A stretch of DNA of 64,000 nucleotides from Dictyostelium discoideum (Eukaryota): contig CM000154.2 in NCBI GenBank assembly GCA_000004695.1, positions 1,024,001 through 1,088,000 of the forward strand. Reading direction: 5' to 3'. Each line of letters opens with the position of its first letter. Position 1 is the first letter of the stretch. The translations under genes and the position numbers were made by a program. Positions 60,262 to 64,000 of this stretch are shown here, in pieces. Under the pieces are notes generated by a model. That model saw only the letters and a program-made list of their open reading frames with translations, made no database searches and was not told the DNA's origin.

Positions 60262-61438
60262 ATGAACTTCAGTTCAATTAATAAAAATAAACAAAGACAA
60301 ATTAGGAAAAAAGTGATTGAAACTGAAGAAAATAATGAAGATGATGAAAAAAAGAAATTAGAAAATGAAAATGAAAATGGAAATGAGAATGAACAAACTA
60401 TAAAATCAATAGTAGTAGAACAAGCAAAAAAGAAAAAAGGTGCAAATACATTTTCAACAAAGAATAAAATTGCAAAGAAAGCAACATTAAATTTATTTAG
60501 TTTTGGTGAAGATGAAGAAAATGGTGAACAAGAACAAGATAGTGAACAACAACAACAACAACAATTCAATAGTAGTATAAAATTTAATCCAATCTCTGTT
60601 AGAAAAAATGATTCAATATTTGAAGATTCAAAAACTACCACTATCAATAATGAATCATTAGGTCAATATACAACAGAAATGATCAATTCATTAAAAAAAA
60701 ATACATCTTCAAAACCTACAAAATCATCTTCAAATGATAATAATCATAATGATAATAATCATAATGATAATAATGATATTGATTATAAAATGGATATAGA
60801 TCATCAACAATTCAAAGATGATCATGATGATAAAGAGAATACTACCTCATCATCATCATCATCATTTACAATACCAACTGTTGAACAAATTAAATTAGCA
60901 AAGGAGAAAAGACAAAGAGTCAGAGATGGTAAATGGCAAGACACAACTGAAAAATCATCATCATCATCAACATCAACATCAAAATCATTATCAAAAGATT
61001 TCTTACCATTAAAAGTGAGTGCTAATAATGGTAATGATAAAGATGACAATGATAATGGATCACGTTTAATTAGAGAAGAGGATGATGACGATGAAATGGA
61101 AGAGTATAATATTAAACCTAGCAACACAATTAAATTTGGCGATCCTGGTAAATCAAATAAAAGAGATGAGGTTGGACAAGCTGTAAATATTGAAAATAGT
61201 AAAAATAAAAATGATGACCAAGATGAAGATGAAGATGAAGATGAAGAAATTATAAGATGGAGATTAGAACAAATTAAAAAAGGTGGTGGATTAAAAGATT
61301 CACAATTACAATCAATTGAATTTCAAAAAAGAAAAATGGAAAAGGAATTATTATTATTGGGTCCATCATCTGAAAATAGTTTATCACCATATTATAAATC
61401 ATCATCATATTTAATTAATAGTCCAAAATTATCAAATA

Positions 61439-61473
<35 letters not shown>

Positions 61474-62483
61474 CAACAACAACACTCATTTATTGAATCG
61501 ATTTGTAAAGATTTAAATTCAATTTTAATTCAATTAAATGAAGTTAAACATAATCATGAATCAGAATTTGAAAAAGTACAAGAGGCATTAAGAGATAGTG
61601 TTATTCAATTATCAATTATGGAATCAGAGAAACATGTTTCACATGATCAATACATCTATTATGATGAAATAAAGAGTTATTGTAATAATATGATTGATTG
61701 TCTTTCTGAGAAAATACCACAAATTGAGCAATTGGATGATAAATATATAGAACTATTAAAAGATTATGCATATGATATTAGAAAACAGTTTAAACAAACT
61801 TTACATGATCAAATTAATGATATTCAAGATAATGAATTATCAAATAATAATAAAATTTCATTTAATAATAAAGAAGGAGAGGATAAAGAAGATTTAGATG
61901 AATTTGGTAGAGATAGAAGTCATTATGAAAAATCATCAAGAAAGAAAAGATTAGAACAATATAAACAATTAATTGTTTCTTTAAATAATACAGATGGAAA
62001 TGATGATTTTAAATTACATCAAATTAGTGATGAAAATTTTTATAAGAATGAAAAAGAAAAGATATTAAATTCAATTAAAAGCATTATGGATGATGTTGAC
62101 CCTGATTTTTGTGATATCAATTATATAGCTGACAAATTCAAACATTGGAAATCAAAAGATTTAAAGTCTTATCAAAAAGCTCAAATGCCATTTATTATGC
62201 CATCAATTTTAGCCCCATTTATAAGATTACAAATGATTGATTGGTCACCTTTGGATGATATATATTTCGATACAATGAGTTGGTATAATCAATTATTTTC
62301 ATATGGTGGTGGTGGTGGTGATGATGATGATATTTTAATTCCAAAATTAGTTGAAAAAATCATTATACCAAAAGTTGAAACTTTTATAACCTATATTTGG
62401 AATCCACTTTCAAAATCACAAACTACAAATTTAAAGAATACAATTGATGAAATTTTAATATATATTAATGATGAAAATCATCA

Positions 62484-62557
<74 letters not shown>

Positions 62558-62848
62558 TAAATCAAGAAGTTAAATTTTTATTCTCACAAATTTTATCAAC
62601 ACTAAATTATAGTATAAGTAATGGTAATTTATTAATACCATATTCAAATAGGGATTTAACTTTTTCAATTAAAATGTATATGTATTCTTTGACAATGTTG
62701 GATAGTATTAAAATTTGGTCTTCAAATTATCAATATATTCAATTGGATTCATTAATGAATTTATCGGATGATATTATCGATTTTCAAATTTTACCATTTT
62801 TACATAAAATTTATTCATTACAACATCATCATAATTATCAACAACACC

Positions 62849-62882
<34 letters not shown>

Positions 62883-63093
62883 GCAATCATTCAATATTGA
62901 TAATTTATTTTATTTATTTGAATTATTTTATCAATATTTATTAACTTTACCATGGTCAAATAAAAAGTATAAATCATCTGTCATTTCTTTATTATTAAAA
63001 CTTAAAAACGATCATGAAAATGAAAATGGTGGTTTATTAAACGTTGAAAACTTTTCAAAATTAAATAATCTTTATATACCTTATTTTACTTAA
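60262..63093 (+). CDS. GCFC-domain protein (GC-rich sequence DNA-binding factor / PAXBP1 / Ntr2-like spliceosome disassembly factor)
   Basis: 943-codon ORF. FTIPTVEQIKLAKEKRQRVRDG...DFLPLK matches the GCFC signature IPDAAMIHAARKKRQMARE...DFIPL. Acidic N-terminal half and poly-N/Q inserts. Confidence 0.55.
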
Positions 63094-63650
63094 AAAGAAA
63101 AAAAAAAATAAAAAAAAAAAATTAAATAAAAAAAAAAGTCACCCATACCATGACCTTTCAATGATGATAAGTCACCAAAAAAAAAAAAAAATAGTTAAAA
63201 ATTATGATAAGTTACCCAGATCAAACCTTTTTTTTTTTCATATGAATTTTATCATTTTTTTTCAATTTTAACCAATCAAAAAAAAAAAAAAAAAAAAAAA
63301 AAAATTGTTTTTCAACAGATATTTTTGATTTCAGTTTAAAAAATTTCAGATAAAAAATATCTTTGAAAAAAAAAAAAAAAAATTAAAAATTAATTAAAAA
63401 AAATTAAATTGTTGAAAAAAACAAATCAAATTCTAAAAAAGAGGCACTTTTTAACTGAATTTGTGTGATTTTATGAACCATCTCCCAACTGACACCGATT
63501 AGCCTCATTACTTTTTTTTTTTTTTCTTTAATTTTAAAATATTTTTTTTTTTATTTTTTAATTTTTAAAATAAAAAAAAAAAAAAAAAAAAACTATAAGA
63601 AAAAAAAAAAAAAAAAAATCAGTCAAAATTCATATTTACAAATAAATAAA

Positions 63651-63794
63651 ATGCCTTTACCACTTGTCACCAGAAAATCATTACGTGATAATGAAGAAAA
63701 ATTAAAAGAGAATGTTGAAAAAATTCAACAAGCTCTCGGTGTTGAATGGACTTATGAATTTGATTTTGAAACCATCTTAGCCAAATGCACTGAA
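63651..63794 (+). CDS. Unidentified gene, exon 1 (MPLPLVTRKSLRDNEEKLKENVEKIQQALGVEWTYEFDFETILAKCTE)
   Basis: ATG at 63651. Donor GTAAGT at 63795. Confidence 0.45.
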
Positions 63795-63796
63795 GT

Positions 63797-63836
<40 letters not shown>

Positions 63837-63907
63837 AAAAATAAAATAAAATAAAATAATAAATATTAATTTTTTATTATTTTTTTTTTTTAATTTTTAT
63901 TTTCCAG

Positions 63908-64000
63908 GAATATGTTAAAAATGATCTTGGTGGTTTATTCTATAAAGACATCGCTGGAAATATTGCAGATTGTATTGAAAGATGCAGTAAAGATGAAATG
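63908..64000 (+). CDS. Unidentified gene, exon 2 (EYVKNDLGGLFYKDIAGNIADCIERCSKDEM...), runs off the end of the window
   Basis: Acceptor TTTTCCAG at 63906-63907. The frame stays open to the window edge. Confidence 0.45.

Overview
This window is gene-dense nuclear DNA of Dictyostelium discoideum type. It is about 78% AT, intergenic and intronic DNA is extremely AT-rich, introns are short GT-AG, coding regions carry poly-Asn/Gln/Ser tracts, and microsatellites are abundant. I can support about 25 protein-coding loci, most multi-exon, and I resolved the splice sites by hand. The best-supported loci are the DNMT2 methyltransferase dnmA (379 aa, 3 exons, minus strand), a P2X receptor family gene, an emp24/p24 GOLD-domain cargo receptor, an MST1/2-like STE20 kinase, a TPR/Mlp-type nuclear-basket protein (about 2050 aa), an SMCR8-like DENN protein (6 exons), an Akirin homologue, a bZIP transcription factor, a GCFC-domain protein, a MIT-domain protein, an ICMT/PEMT-like membrane protein and a Josephin-like cysteine protease. 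There are no rRNA genes, no intact tRNA genes and no CRISPR arrays; the tandem arrays are eukaryotic microsatellites. Two runs of exactly 100 N at 16384-16483 and 17185-17284 are scaffold gaps. The most unusual things are: (1) a bacterial/cyanobacterial-type Uma2 (DUF820) endonuclease-like gene carrying a frameshift, which is a horizontal-transfer candidate; (2) a 39.2-44.3 kb block of same-strand partial or disrupted gene copies, namely an SCYL1 N-terminal exon, an orphan ORF, an importin-alpha 3' portion with GC-shifted codon usage, a tRNA T-loop-like fragment, a 9-mer tandem array and a Sec16-like gene riddled with stops and frameshifts; (3) a candidate Class-I-like small ncRNA; (4) a cysteine-rich repeat protein with an in-frame TAA ahead of a conserved downstream repeat; (5) a roughly 350-bp duplicated segment flanking the two N gaps. 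I cannot tell sequencing error from genuine pseudogenisation at the frameshifts.
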